Below the pieces are notes generated by a model. It was not told the DNA's origin and did no database searches. It saw nothing but the letters and a program-made list of their open reading frames with translations. Made by a program: the position numbers and the translations under genes. From Callorhinchus milii (lineage: Eukaryota), in contig NW_024704821.1 of assembly GCF_018977255.1 (NCBI RefSeq), positions 124,001 through 188,000 of the forward strand: a stretch of DNA of 64,000 nucleotides, given 5' to 3'. This document shows positions 49,769 through 62,866 of this stretch, piece by piece (positions within the stretch are counted from its first letter, which is position 1; each line of letters opens with the position of its first letter).

Positions 49769-50671
49769 AACGAATCTTTCAGCGATTTGATGAACAAATG
49801 CAAGTTTCCTTTGAAACATTCATCAAAGTTTCTCACTCCATACGCCTCTGTTCACGGAACACGGAGTAGGAATCCGATAGTCAATTGGCGAATCGCTTTC
49901 AAAGGATAATTATCCCTAAAAAAATGGGACTCGAACCGCGACTGTTTGATTGTCTCTGTTTTGTTCAATCGTTGCTATAATTTCGACCATACAATACGCA
50001 GTCACTACACTTTACAGTTTATCATGTGAAGCGCTTCCACATGTCTCAGAGATGATTTAAGGCTCTGTATAAAGCATCAAGTATTGTTATGATAGTCACA
50101 AGAAGGCAGGACGATGTATTCAGTCGAAGACCCTGAGTGTTTGCGGGCGACTACTCTATGTGTTGGCATCAAGTTCCCGGGGGCAGGTGTCAAGTTGATG
50201 ATAAGTTGAAAGGAGCCATTGCGAGGGTTCAAAGTGAAAGAGGAGGAATCACGTAATATCAGCAGTTGCTCAGATGTCTCTGCCCCAATTAGTTGAAAAT
50301 TTCCTTCCGGTCCATTTCCGCTCTATGCATCTGGGTTTCAGAAGTTTGGGTGCAAGACACAATTATTTCTGGCATAATTCATTACTACAAATTATTCTTC
50401 TCTGCTCTTTATTTCGCCGAATGACGCTTCATATATTAACATTTATTGTTTTTAATCTGGTGTGTGAAATATATGGATACCCATCACCATCATTATGAAT
50501 ATATATATTATATATATTATATTATATGGGCGAAACACAGCAACAAATTGCACGCATCAGTGTCACACAGACTGTGGTGGACAGAGTGACAATGTCTTCA
50601 AAAAAATCTAATTTTTATATTTTTTCATTATTAATTTCCATGCGTCCACGCTACACCTGGAACTTTTCCAT

Positions 50672-50807
50672 NNNNNNNNNNNNNNNNNNNNNNNNNNNNN
50701 NNNNNNNNNNNNNNNNNNNNNNNNNNNNNNNNNNNNNNNNNNNNNNNNNNNNNNNNNNNNNNNNNNNNNNNNNNNNNNNNNNNNNNNNNNNNNNNNNNNN
50801 NNNNNNN
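50672..50807. other. Assembly gap (136 N)
   Basis: Run of N. Confidence 0.99.
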
Positions 50808-51372
50808 CTCGATCTTTCTCTCTAACATTACCAATTCTGTTTACTGAGATACGGAGAGTATTAATAATAATCATGATCCTCACCCTTGACATGGGCCGTA
50901 ATATGTCTTGAAGACATCTCAAAATGATTTTCAGATTACACAGTGAAGAGAATATGTCAAATGAATTTTTGGAATAGGCAAATCTAGGAACGTCAGAGTC
51001 TGGAAATTAAATCTCTTGGAAATTAAATCACTAAAACGCGAATTAATTTCCAACGTCTTATCACGTGCTGGAGAAGTCTCAAAGCATTTTGCTGAGCATA
51101 ACTGTGAGGCAATTTACGCAATGTTTTATTTGAGAAACGCGGCAGCCATTTCTGTATAGCAGTGACCCAAAAATATTCGCATGTTGACGGAATAAAAAAA
51201 ATTCTTTGTGAAGGGAATATTACCCAGGAATAATGCGATCCACCAATCGACTAACGGTTCCTATTTACTCCTCGGTAAACATTGGTGACTATGTGGAGCA
51301 AGGAAAATTGCCTAAGTTCATGAGTGTCTGCAGAGTTTTTGTACGGGGAATCTGCCTTCCTGTAACAGTGTG

Positions 51373-52190
51373 GGATCCAGGGCTCAGTAATACACAGCGC
51401 TGTCACCCACAACAGCACTAAGTATCTGCAGGTTAATTACTTTTTTCTCCTTGATCAGCTCGGCAGTGAAACGGTCAGGAGGATTGTCTACCTTTCCAGA
51501 GGAATATATCCTGAACAGGTACTGAGGAGCTCCATCTGGATTTTGCCTGTACCAGAAGGCAGCGTTTATTGTGGAATAACTGCAGTTCATTGTCACGTTT
51601 TCTCCTTCAAAATTTGTTATCTCGGGAGGATATTGGGTTACCACATCTTGCCCGTAGACTTCTGAAAGTACAAAAAAAACACATTTTGCTGAGCAGCGTT
51701 CAGTGGAGATTTGCAATCTGATTATCATAATAATAATTTCATTTTCTATAATTGGTTACCACACGTTTTGGGCGTCTCAAAGCGCACACAGAATACATTA
51801 TTGTGAGAATTGACTCCATATTTTGAGGGAGAAAAGTTGCAGCCAATTAAGCGCTGCGTTGTCGCCCAAACCGTCATGGAATGATTAACGAAATTATTAC
51901 AGACTGACTTATCCTTTAATATATTGTTACTCTCGGATAGCTATCCCTGAAACAATTATCAACCGGGTTCCTACTTACTGCCGATAATCACAGGCTTGAG
52001 GTGTAAGCAAATTTGCTGGAAGTTTCACGTTGCCCGGGAATCGAACACAGGTTCTCTCGCTTGTGAGGTGAGTGCTCTCAACACTAAGCTTCTGATCAAG
52101 TATAATGTAAAGTTCATGCCCTGGGTATGTCCACACATACTTACCGGCTATTGTGAGGATTGCTATCAGTAACTGGCAGAGAGCTGTCAT
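51373..52190 (-). pseudogene. TCR V segment V21 (family B), C104 codon mutated to TGA
   Basis: Leader 52190-52145 (MTALCQLLIAILTIA); V exon 51661-51373 reading DSAVYY*ALD. RSS: CACACTG 51372-51366, 23 bp, ACAAAAACT 51342-51334. Confidence 0.9.
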
Positions 52191-52542
52191 GTTGGCTGCT
52201 GAGGTGTGGACAGATAATGGAATCTCTTCCTTTGTATATCGCTGTGTTGCTGCGTCAGTGACAAGTTGTGAGGAAGCGGCTGATCTGATGTGTTCAGTGG
52301 TTTATTACCTCCAATTGTAGGCGTTTCCCATTCACCAGAGGTTCTTAAATTTGATCTTCTGGCGATTGGTAGCCAATGGGCCTGCGATTGGATGGGAGCA
52401 TCGACTCGCCTTTCACCCACAAAGAATGTAATTTACGTTATATTCTGTGATGCTATTTGAGACGTCTCGAATACTAACGAGTATTTGATCTTCGAGTATG
52501 GGACGTCCTCCTGACGTGAAAGGCGCTCTATAAATGGAATCT

Positions 52543-52569
52543 TCTTGTTGTTGTTGTTGTTGTTGTTGA
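52543..52569. repeat. (GTT)n microsatellite at a SINE tail
   Basis: cttgttgttgttgttgttgttgttg directly after GGCGCTCTATAAATGG. Confidence 0.85.
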
Positions 52570-53500
52570 TGGTAGTACCTATTCTGAGTCAGAATGTTGT
52601 TGGTTCAAGAGACAAGTCGGCACTTTGAGTTCACAGTCTCGACTGAAAGTCAAATAGAGGACTATGTGTGGGGTATGTTGTCCTCAAAACTCAGATGAAA
52701 CCGATCATTGACGTTGTGAATATTCGTGGGGAAATTAATGTTTGAATATTGCTTCATAATTTGGCTCACAATGTGCAGTCAATGCTTTTTACATAAATGC
52801 GATTTAAAGTTTTGGATCCGCCTCCAACGTGAAAAGAGCTGTATCAAAGGCAAGGATTATTGTTATTATTTTTATTGTTATTGATGGCCAAACCTTCTTG
52901 TCATTGCATCAAAATAAGGAATCTGCAAACTAAGATACCTAAACCATGTTAAACAAAGTCAGCTTTAATCTTCTTCTGCATTGAAATTGTTGTTTCGGAT
53001 GTACGTCTACTTATTTAAACAGCACAGATGGACATGCACACGTGGCGAGACTCCCAAGGAAGCAAGAAGTTTGAAGTTATTTATGTGAATATAGCATTAT
53101 TATATTCAATAATGATAAAAATATTCATTGCATTAATTCACTTGGTATAGCGCCATATCTCGTATTCGAGACACTTCAAATCGCTTCACAGAATAGACTG
53201 TACACTAGTTGACTGCATATTGTGTGGGTGAAACGCGGCAGTCAATTGCTCACATCAGTGTCCCACTGGATTGAGTGAACACTTCAGTAATAATATTATT
53301 GTTTTGAAGAAATTATTACCGCTGGGAAATCGATTCGCCAATCGAATAACAACCGGGTTCCTTCTTTTACTGCTCGTTGAACAGAGTTGTTCGTGGAATA
53401 AGGAAACGTGCACAAAGCGAGGCGAATCCTCTCTCTACTGAGCTACAGGACTCCACATGACAGTTTTTGTAGGGAGGAATCGCTGATCTGTGCCTCTGTG

Positions 53501-54352
53501 GGGCTCAGTGCACAGTAATACACCGCGGAGTCTGCAACTCTCACTTGTAATATATTCATGTGAACGGTTGTCTCCGCTTGAGACACGTTCGTTGAGAAAC
53601 GTTCTTTTGCAAAGTCTGCATGTTGCTGCTTGTTATTCCTGATGTAGGTATTAAGGACATATTCTGGAGCTTTGTTGGGGTAGTGTCTGTACCAGAACAG
53701 ATATGGATTATCGTTGTTTGTAGCTGTATAATTGCACTGCAGATAAACAGTCTCCCCTTCATTCACTGTCACAGTAGATTGGAGCTGTGTCACAGAGTCT
53801 CCTCCACAATGTCCTGGGAACAAGACAAAAATCAGCGTTCAATACAGTCACAACATTAATAATAATATTATTGATGCAGCGACTGATCATGTCTTCGTAA
53901 CATCTCAAAGTACTTCACAGAAAACACTTTAACTGTATTTCTTCGGCCAATGCAGCTCCCAGTTATGCAGCAGCCCACAAACAGTCGTGGTTTGATTGAA
54001 CGAATCGTGAACAAAATCGTAGGGATTTTCCTACCATGAAAATCCATTCGCAAATTCACTTACAACGGATTCCTACAGCTATTGAAACAGAGTCGTGTGC
54101 TCGTAGTAACGAAGTTCACCTCAGGTTTCTCCCTGCCCAGGCATCAAACCCAGGTCCTCTCTGTTGCGATGCGAGTGCTATATCAACTGAGCTACAGGAC
54201 TCTATAACGCCAAAATTCCTGTAGCGTTTTGCTTATCTAATGCAAGAAAATAGGCATTGGACAATATCTTCGGGATAGAGACTTCTTGAGCGAGTTGATG
54301 GCTTACCTGACAAGATAACGATGGCGGCTGCCACATAGATATACATTGTCAT
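53501..54352 (-). CDS. TCR V segment V22 (family A), apparently functional
   Basis: Leader 54352-54307 (MTMYIYVAAAIVILS); V exon 53813-53501. RSS: CACAGAG 53500-53494, 23 bp, ACAAAAACT 53470-53462. Confidence 0.93.
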
Positions 54353-56165
54353 ATGTATTTAATGGCAACGGGCGTTGACAGTGCGTTGATCCTGTAGTTG
54401 GAGAATGTTGGGTGAGAGGAAGTACGATACAGTGATGAGCTGAATAAGAAATCATTCGCAGAAGTTGCCATATGCCGTGAAGGAGCAGGTCTGAGGGTTA
54501 CGTACTAAACTTGTGTCTCTCTCGTTGCTCGTCATCTTCTCTGCTCTGCCATCTCGCTCCTCCATTGGTTCTCTTCCATCACTGACATGTCTCTGTAGGT
54601 CCGGGTGTCTGACACATGGAGCGAGTTACTCCCTCCTTAAACTCCTCCAATGCCTGTACATGAGTTCCACTTAAGTGTTCCCTTGAAGGACTCATCCTGA
54701 TCAGTTAACTTTTCATGTCACGAGGCGGAGACTGGCCAAGAAACTAGACTCGGGGCAGGTAAATCTCTGTTGGGCGACACTCTGATCATGTACTTATTAA
54801 TTGTCTTTTATTACTCAGGTCCACGCTTGTTATGCCAACTATCCGATGGCAGGACAATCCCTCCTCGCCCTCCCCCCCAGTCCCCAATCCCCGCCTTTCA
54901 CAAACAGCAGATTTTCACATCTCTGCTTCTATAGTGACAGTAATCAATGCATTTGATATAGTTCCTGATCACGTTACTGTGACCTCTCATTGCGCTTCTC
55001 AGTTTGTGCATTAAACTGTAGTGACTGTTATGTGGACTAAACGCGGCAGCCCATGTGCACGCAAGTTGTCTCACAAACAGTGCTGGATGTGGTGAGCACA
55101 TTTGAAAAACAAGTCCTGTGAACAACCTCTCAAAAGTTTATCGCTGAAACCGCGACTGTTGCGTGAAATTGGTTCCCGAGTTTCGCCCATAAAATTCACA
55201 GTCACGACACATTATACTGCATTCTCTGCAGTGCTGTGAGGCATCGCGGAGACGAGATGAAGCGCTGTATCAAATGTCAAGATTTATTGTGATATAGATG
55301 GTTAAAACGAGGTCGGATGTTGTATTAAGTGGAAGCCCCTGAGTGTGTGCAGACGGCTGGAAACTTTCTGCCAGTTACTGTGTTGTACGATTTATTTCGC
55401 GGAATGATCCTTCATACATCATCATATAGTTTTGTTAAACTGGTGTCTGACATATGTGGAAACCATTTCCATGCATATGGTTATCTAAACCAACCTTTGG
55501 GTTATCATAAAAGCGCTTGTAATTAACATAACGATTTATCACTTGTACGAGTCGACTGTACGGTCTTCACAGGGTACCGTGTAAAGTGCATCGACAGTGT
55601 ATTTTGTGGGCAACACCTGGCAGCCAAGTGGATACTGCAGCGTCTCTCAAACAATCTTTGATCGAGTGATCCATTTTGTTGATGGATTATTACACCCGAA
55701 AAAGCGATCATTCAAACTACTATCAAACGGGTTCCTATTTCCGGCTCAGTAAACCATTAAACATAATAAGGAACTTTGCATTTAACATAGCGCTTCATCA
55801 CCTATTCGATGACACATAGCATTTGGTAGGTTGTACGGTGAAGTAAATTGACTGTTTATGTTATGGCCGAAATGTCGCAGTCGTTTGCGCGCAGCAGTGT
55901 CCCACAACAGTTGGGGATTGAAATTTTTTCTCTATTTATAGGAGTTATCACCATCGGAAAAGCGATCGGTCAATCAATTAACAACCATATTCCGACTTAC
56001 TGCTGGATATACAGACGCATGTGGAGTAACGAAACTTGGCCAACATTTTGCACTGCCCGATATTGAACCCAATTATTTCGCTTGCGAAGCGAGTGCTCTA
56101 ACCATTGAGTTGCAGTAAAACCAACAAGTTTTTGTACAGGTACCTCTTGGACACACAGCACTGTG

Positions 56166-56622
56166 CCTTCCGCACAGAAATAAGTGGCGGTGTCTCTCAC
56201 CCGAAGGTTTTGGATTGTTAGAGTGCAGTTTCTCTGTCTTGTATTAGCCAAAGCGCTTATCCTGTCCTTCATGTTGAAGTCTTTTGTTCCCAAAACCAAG
56301 AACAGGATGGAGCCGTTTCCATACTGTGTGTACCAATGAAAGTTTGGGCCGGACACAGTGGTGTTGCACTCCATAGATACGTTTCCATTTTCATTCCCTG
56401 TCACGGTCTGAGGTGACTGTGAAACATCACTTTCAGCCAAGACACCTGGAAAGGTAACAGAAATGAACATACTCGCAAATGAATTAAGATAGTGTCTGGC
56501 GCGATAAACTAACTTTTTAGCAGGTAAAGAAGAATTTGTTGATCCAAATTCATGCACTACTTACACAGAAGCTTTATTGTTAAATTCAAAATAATATACG
56601 TTGCGCTGAAAATCTGCTTCAT
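56166..56622 (-). CDS. TCR V segment V23 (family C), apparently functional
   Basis: Leader 56622-56565; V exon 56445-56166 ending DTATYFCAEG. RSS: CACAGTG 56165-56159, 23 bp, ACAAAAACT 56135-56127. Confidence 0.92.
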
Positions 56623-58811
56623 TCTCAACTCTCTTCGATCCACTTCAATATATCTGGGTGAATTGCAACCAGAAATCATCTAAAATCGGTACCTGGTGGA
56701 TAAATTTTGGTTCACTTGAGATGTTGACTCTTATCAACGCGTCGTTACTCTGCCTCTGTTCATTGCTGGAGATGTATTGCGACTCCTCCTATCGTTTATG
56801 TTCAGATTCCCTCCGCCTCGCAGTGGCAAACCATAGTAATGTGTGAAAGAGACAGTGTAGAGGAAGCGAGTTACAAAGACTGAAGCAGATCAATTTAAAA
56901 ATAACAATAACCCTTTCTTTTCATATAACGCCTTATCACGTCATTGAGACGTCTCAAAGCGCTTCATGGAGTATACTGTAAAGTTAATTGACTGCATAAG
57001 TTGTGGGAAAGTGCGGCAGATAATTAAGCACATACGTCGCCCCCAAATACTTGTGGGGTGAATGACTTATTTAGCCCTTTTTAGGGAAATCTTACCACTG
57101 AAATTGGCGAATTGCAAGAATAGTGTATCAGGAACTTTGTGATTAAGGGAATGAGATCAATAGCTTCTCAGGATTCCGTCGAATCGAACTTTACAATAGT
57201 TTAAGATATAAGTAAGAGATTTTCCAGTAATCGTGGGATCTGAACAGCCAGAGATTCCTAATGCACACTTATATTTTGTGGACTGATTACCTGCACTTGT
57301 AATGAACTGTGATCCCAATAATCTATGTTTCGAGTCCATCTGTTCTTTTTTTCTGAATGGGACGTACAAACCGAAAAAAGGGACGGGAGTGACAACTATT
57401 ATTCTGAAAACTATTGAAAGAAAAGGTATAGGAATATGTGTTATTGAACCAGTTTTCGAACACTTTTCAGCGAGTGTTGCCTGGAGAAAATATCAGAGCA
57501 CCAGCGACAACCGATGTCCAGGCAACCGACTTCATTTACTGAAACCAAAATTACAGATATGATAATACTAATGATTGCATTTGATACAGCGCGTAATAAT
57601 GCCACTGGAACGTCAAAAAAGTTTAGCAGAATATTCTCTTCAGCGTAATGATGCACAGTGTTTTTCGGAGGCGAAAATTGGTAGTCTATTGCTCACAAAC
57701 ACTGATAAATTGAGTGAACAAATAGTTTTTCTTTAGGGGTTATTTCTCGTGGGAAAGCGATCAGCCAATCGACGAGTAACCGTTTTCTGCTTTTGCTAGG
57801 AGGACAGAGGCATTAGTGTGGGGTAAATAAAATATTTCCAGTTGTCTAACCCTGGGCTTGTTGCTTGCGAAGTGAATGCTTTGAACAATACTCTTCAGTA
57901 CTCTAGACATAGTTCCCTTAATTTATGTCAGTGATAATATTTTCAGCGCCGCTCTCCGCTCAAGGCATCTGGGTTACAACAGTTTGTGTACAAAACACAA
58001 GTTTCCTCTCATAATTCAATTCTACAAGTGACTGTGTTGTAAGATTTATTTCGCTGAATGATTCTTCACAGATTCACATTTATTTTTCTTAACCGGTGTT
58101 TGACACGTGTGGGAACACCCATCACCATTCTTATGAGTATCCAAACCAACCTGTGTGTCATAATAATTGCCTTTGCGTTTCATATCAAGCCTTATTAATT
58201 TCCGAGTAACTTATACTCTCTTCACAGTGCAAAGTTTATCGAGAGTGTATTTTGTGGACAAAACCTGGCAGCTAAGTACACAGAGCAGCTTCTCACAAAC
58301 GGTCTTTGATTGAGTGATCCACTTTTTGGTTTGATTAAAATAGATCATCCAAACTCCTATCAACCTGGTTCTTATTTCCCGCTCAATAAACCAATAAAAA
58401 TAATAATAAGCATTGCGGTGGATATGGCTCCTGATCACGTCTTCGAGATATCACACAGCATTTCATAGTTGTATTGTGAAATGAATGGACTGTGTCTGTT
58501 ATGGGAAAAATGCGGCAGCCGATTGCACACAGCCGTGTCCCATAAACTGTTGCGGAATAAAGAGAATTTCTATTTTCCGATGTAAACAATTCTTGCACTC
58601 TGAAAAGAGATCTGCCAATCAATTAACATCCAGTTTCCTACAGACTGCTAGGTGAGCAGACGCATGAGGTGTAAGAAAACTAGCACAACATTTTGCCAGG
58701 ACGGAAACCGAACCCAGGTCCTCACGTTTGCGAGCTGAGTGCCCTCACCATTGAGTTGCAGTAAACCTAACATGTTTTTGTACAGGCCCGTCTTAGGCAC
58801 ACAACACTGTG

Positions 58812-59271
58812 CTCTCCGCACATAAGTAAGTGGCTGTGTCTGATATTCGCACATCTTCGATTGTAAGCGTGCAGTTTTTCTGTTTTCGCTCAGCCAAAGC
58901 TCTTATCCTGTCCTTCGTATTTACGTCGGTTTTTCCCAAAACCAAGAACCGAATGGAGCCGTTTCCATAATGTTTGTACCACTGAAAGAGAGGGTTGGTC
59001 ACAGTAGCGATGCATTCCATTGAAACATTTCCATTTTCATTCACTGTCACGGCCTGAGGTGTCTGTGAGACATCACTTGCGGCCAAGACACCTGGAAAGA
59101 AAGTAGAAATAAATATTTTTGGAAACGAATTCGGAAAACATCTGCCACGACAATTTGTAATTATTTATCAGGAAATAAAAGCGTTTGCTTGCACACAAAC
59201 ATTATCTACTCACACCGTAGGAATAGTATTACATTCAAAATCATATATTTTGCATTGTGATTCTGCTTCAT
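58812..59271 (-). CDS. TCR V segment V24 (family C), apparently functional
   Basis: Leader 59271-59214 (MKQNHNAKYMILNVILFLR); V exon 59091-58812. RSS: CACAGTG 58811-58805, 23 bp, ACAAAAACA 58781-58773. Confidence 0.92.
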
Positions 59272-60644
59272 TCTCAACTGCCGTCGATTCACGTCAATAT
59301 CTTCCGTTGAAATGCATCGAGAATTTATCCAAACGTAGCGTCTGGTTGATAAACGTTTCTCCATTTGAGGAGTTGTCTCTTATCCCCGCGTCATTATCTT
59401 GTCTGTGATCTTTGGTGGAGGTGCATTGCGACTCCCCCTAACGTTTACATTCAGATTCACTTCTCCTCGCTGTGGCAAACTATAGTCACGCACCAAAGAG
59501 ACAGTGCAGAGAGACCTGATTACAAAGACTCAAGAAATTATACAAATAATAATAATACTAAGTGCCTTATCAGGTCTTGGACACGTCTCGCATTGTCTGA
59601 GGAATATAGAGTAAAATAATTTGACTGTGCTTTTAGAGTGAACCTCGGCAACCTGATGCACACAGCTGTGCCAGGCATACAGTCCTTGAATGAATGACCA
59701 ATTTACCACTTTTTTACGGTGTTATTCCCCTGTCAAACTGTTCGCCATTCGGCTGATAACCGGGTTCCTATTTACTGGTCGGTTAAACAGAAGCTTGTGC
59801 AGTAAGCAAATTTGCGCAGAATTGCTCAATGCTGTGAATCTCCACTGCATGCGAGGCTAATGCTCTAACCAACAACCCATAGGACTAAGATGTGCTTTGG
59901 CAAAGAGCACAGATCTTGATAATCGGTCGCCTTGCAGGAATACTGTATGAAGAAATTTGTGTTTCAGGAAAAGAGATACCAAAAATCTCTATATTCTGTA
60001 GAAACCAGGTTTAGGATTGATTCGGATATATGGAATAAATTTTTCATTAATCGTGGGAGCAGAACAGTCAGAGAATCCTGAAACACCCGTACGTTATGTC
60101 GACTGATCCCATACAATTTGCAATAAACTTTGATTCCAATAATCTACGTTTCGAGTATATCTGTTGTTCAGAATGGAACGTGTCAACCAAGCAATGGGAT
60201 GCGGTTGGCAACCTTCTGAAAACGTTTAGAAGAGGTGTGCAGGAATATGATTTATTGAACAATTTTCACAGGCTTTCAAGCCCGTGGTGTCTTGTCAGAA
60301 TATCAGCGCCCGAGAGACACCCAGTGGTAAGACACTGCAATGTAAATTTTACCCTGAACCAGGAATAATAATATATATGTTTGCATTTGTTCCTTTGACA
60401 TATGATGCCGGTGATGCGTCTGAAAGCGCTTCCCACAGTATACTGCATGAATATATTGCCTGAAAGTGTGGTGGTAGCCAAATCGACAACATTTCCGGAG
60501 AGAAGCATTATACAGCAGAGAGATCGGATTAAGGGCGACTGGTTATTTGGGAGACAGGCAATAATCTAGAAACAGTGACACAGAAGCTGCTTCTTGAGTA
60601 AATTAAACCTTTTGTTACTTATGCTTTAGAGAGACCTTTGTATG

Positions 60645-60820
60645 TTTCAGCTGAAGCAGCAATAGTGTATGAAGGAACCAATGCCAACTGTAACAGGAAG
60701 CACCTGTTAGTGCCGGCAAGGCGAGCTGCAGAAAGGAAAGTGATAAAGTTGTATAAGTTGCAGCTCATGTTATATGTGTGTTGGGTTCGCCTTCTGCTGG
60801 TGAATTGCAGCTGCATCACC
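60645..60820 (-). promoter_or_regulatory. Ets/E-box/CTCF-like module, copy 9
   Basis: AGGAAGCACCTG 60695-60706; CCAGCAGAAGGCG on minus at 60800-60788. Confidence 0.55.
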
Positions 60821-61458
60821 TGTATAATTGGAGACATTTTATGGCAAATATTTTTCTGCCCATTTTTTATTTCCCGTTACGTATGGCTGTATTTGACTAT
60901 GAGTTTTTGTATTTGATGTTATCCTGCTGATTAAAACACCACAGAAAGGCTCGTATATATGGCGGCTTAGCCACAGAGAGCAGGACTTTGAGGTTATTAC
61001 TGCGACAATAACATGATTAAATTTAATCATGGTTATAAATTTTCATTCGCTATTGCACATTGCTGCATCTTCCAGACGCCGCAAAGTGCTTCACATAATA
61101 TACGGTAAACGAATTGGCTTCACACTGTGTGAGCGAAACAAAGCAGCCGAGTGTTAACTTCAGTGTCACAATGGGTTGTGTGACTAAATTTTTTATACGT
61201 TTTGTCATTTTGAAGGAAACATTAACCCCGTAAAATCAATCAGCCCGGATTCGAAACAGGTCCTTTCGCTCTCACTATTGAGTTACATGACACCACATGT
61301 CCTGCAGACATGACATAGACATCCCGCCATTAACAAGGAAATTGAGGGAAACTAAGAGGCAGTGGGGGCTGAGCAGTTATTGTGATGAACAAGAGGGGAA
61401 TTGCTGGCAGATCACTGGAGGTTTGTGTACGGCCTCTCTATGTGACTGTCTCACTGTG

Positions 61459-61907
61459 TCTCCACTGCACACAAGTAGGTGGCGGCGTCTGTCACTTCTG
61501 TGCCTGTGATGCTCAGATTACTGCTGCTGTCTCTATAGTTCACTGTCGCTGTGATTCTCTCCTTCTGCTGCTCTCCTGTCTTTCCTGTTACCAAGTGCTT
61601 CAGAGCCTGGTTAGTGTACTGTCTGTACCACTGTAAGGCGTTATTCGATCCTGTTGCCGAACAGCTGATAAAAACTTGTTCCTTCTCCCCAACAGTCACA
61701 GAGACTGGCGACTGGGAAACTGTATCCTCACCACTGACTCCTGGTAAATACAAGAAAATCTGTTAATGAAACTCACTCGTTAATTGCGGTCGAAATAAAT
61801 ACAATGACACACAAAGCTCAAGCGGGGTTTATCGGTGAAACATGCTCACTCCAGAGGAACACGGCAGCTTTCAGGAGGATGAAGAGCAAAGTGTACTGGC
61901 GCTTCAT
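61459..61907 (-). CDS. TCR V segment V25 (family D), apparently functional
   Basis: Leader 61907-61850 (MKRQYTLLFILLKAAVFLW); V exon 61740-61459. RSS: CACAGTG 61458-61452, 23 bp, ACACAAACC 61428-61420. Confidence 0.92.
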
Positions 61908-62866
61908 AGCCAATCTTTCAGCGCTTTAGTGAAGAAATGCAAGTTTCCTTTAAACCTTAGGCAGGTTTCCTTATTTCGAGCCCTTCTGTCTACCGAATAA
62001 TAGGAAGGAAACCTGTTTGTTAGTTGATTTGCGGATACCGTTCCAGTTGAAATTGTCCCTGAAAAAAAATTGTCACTCAATCTACGACTGTTTGAGGGTC
62101 TCTGCTGTGTCCAATTCGTACTCGAGTTTCGCCCATGAAATACGCAGTCACTAACATTGCAGTATTATCTGTCAAGCGATTTGTGGTGTCTCGTTGATTT
62201 GATAGGCGCTGTATCAAATGGCAAGAATTATTATCAGATAGATAGTCAAAAAGAAGGTTGGACGAGGTATTCAATGGAGGCCGCTGAGTGTGTGCAGACG
62301 GCTCGTGAATGGCCTCATGTGTGTTGGTTTCACATCCCCGGGGGCACTTTGTCAATTTGGTAACGAGCCATTGAGAGGATTCAAAACGAAAAGGGAGGAT
62401 CCACGTGAACTCAACAGTTTCCCAGATGTCTCTGCCCCAGTTAATTGAAAGTTTCCTTCCCGCCCCTTTCCGGTCTCTGTTTCCGGGTTCGAGCCGTTTG
62501 GGTAAAACACAGGTTGGTTTGTCTGTTCAAAGCGTTTTCTGGCCTAATTTACAGCTTCATGTCATTGCACTGTTCTGTGTAGTTCGCAGAATCAGACTTC
62601 ATAATTTACCATTTATTTTCGTTAACTGGGAATCTGTCACATGTGGAAACCTATCATCTTGATTATGGTTATTCAATTCCAGATCAAGCGGAGAAATATC
62701 GGGTTAATCGTTCCATTTGATACAACATCTTATCGCATCTTTTAGACGGCCGAAAGTGCCTCGAAGAATATAATGTAAAATAATATAAGGACAAGTTGAG
62801 AGTGGGAGACAGGATTTGTCCTTAAATTGTCCTAAGAAACATCTCTCCCATCCAACAGACCCCAGT

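Noticed and set aside
50526-50922. ORFs spanning X residues
   Set aside because: Artefacts of the N gap.
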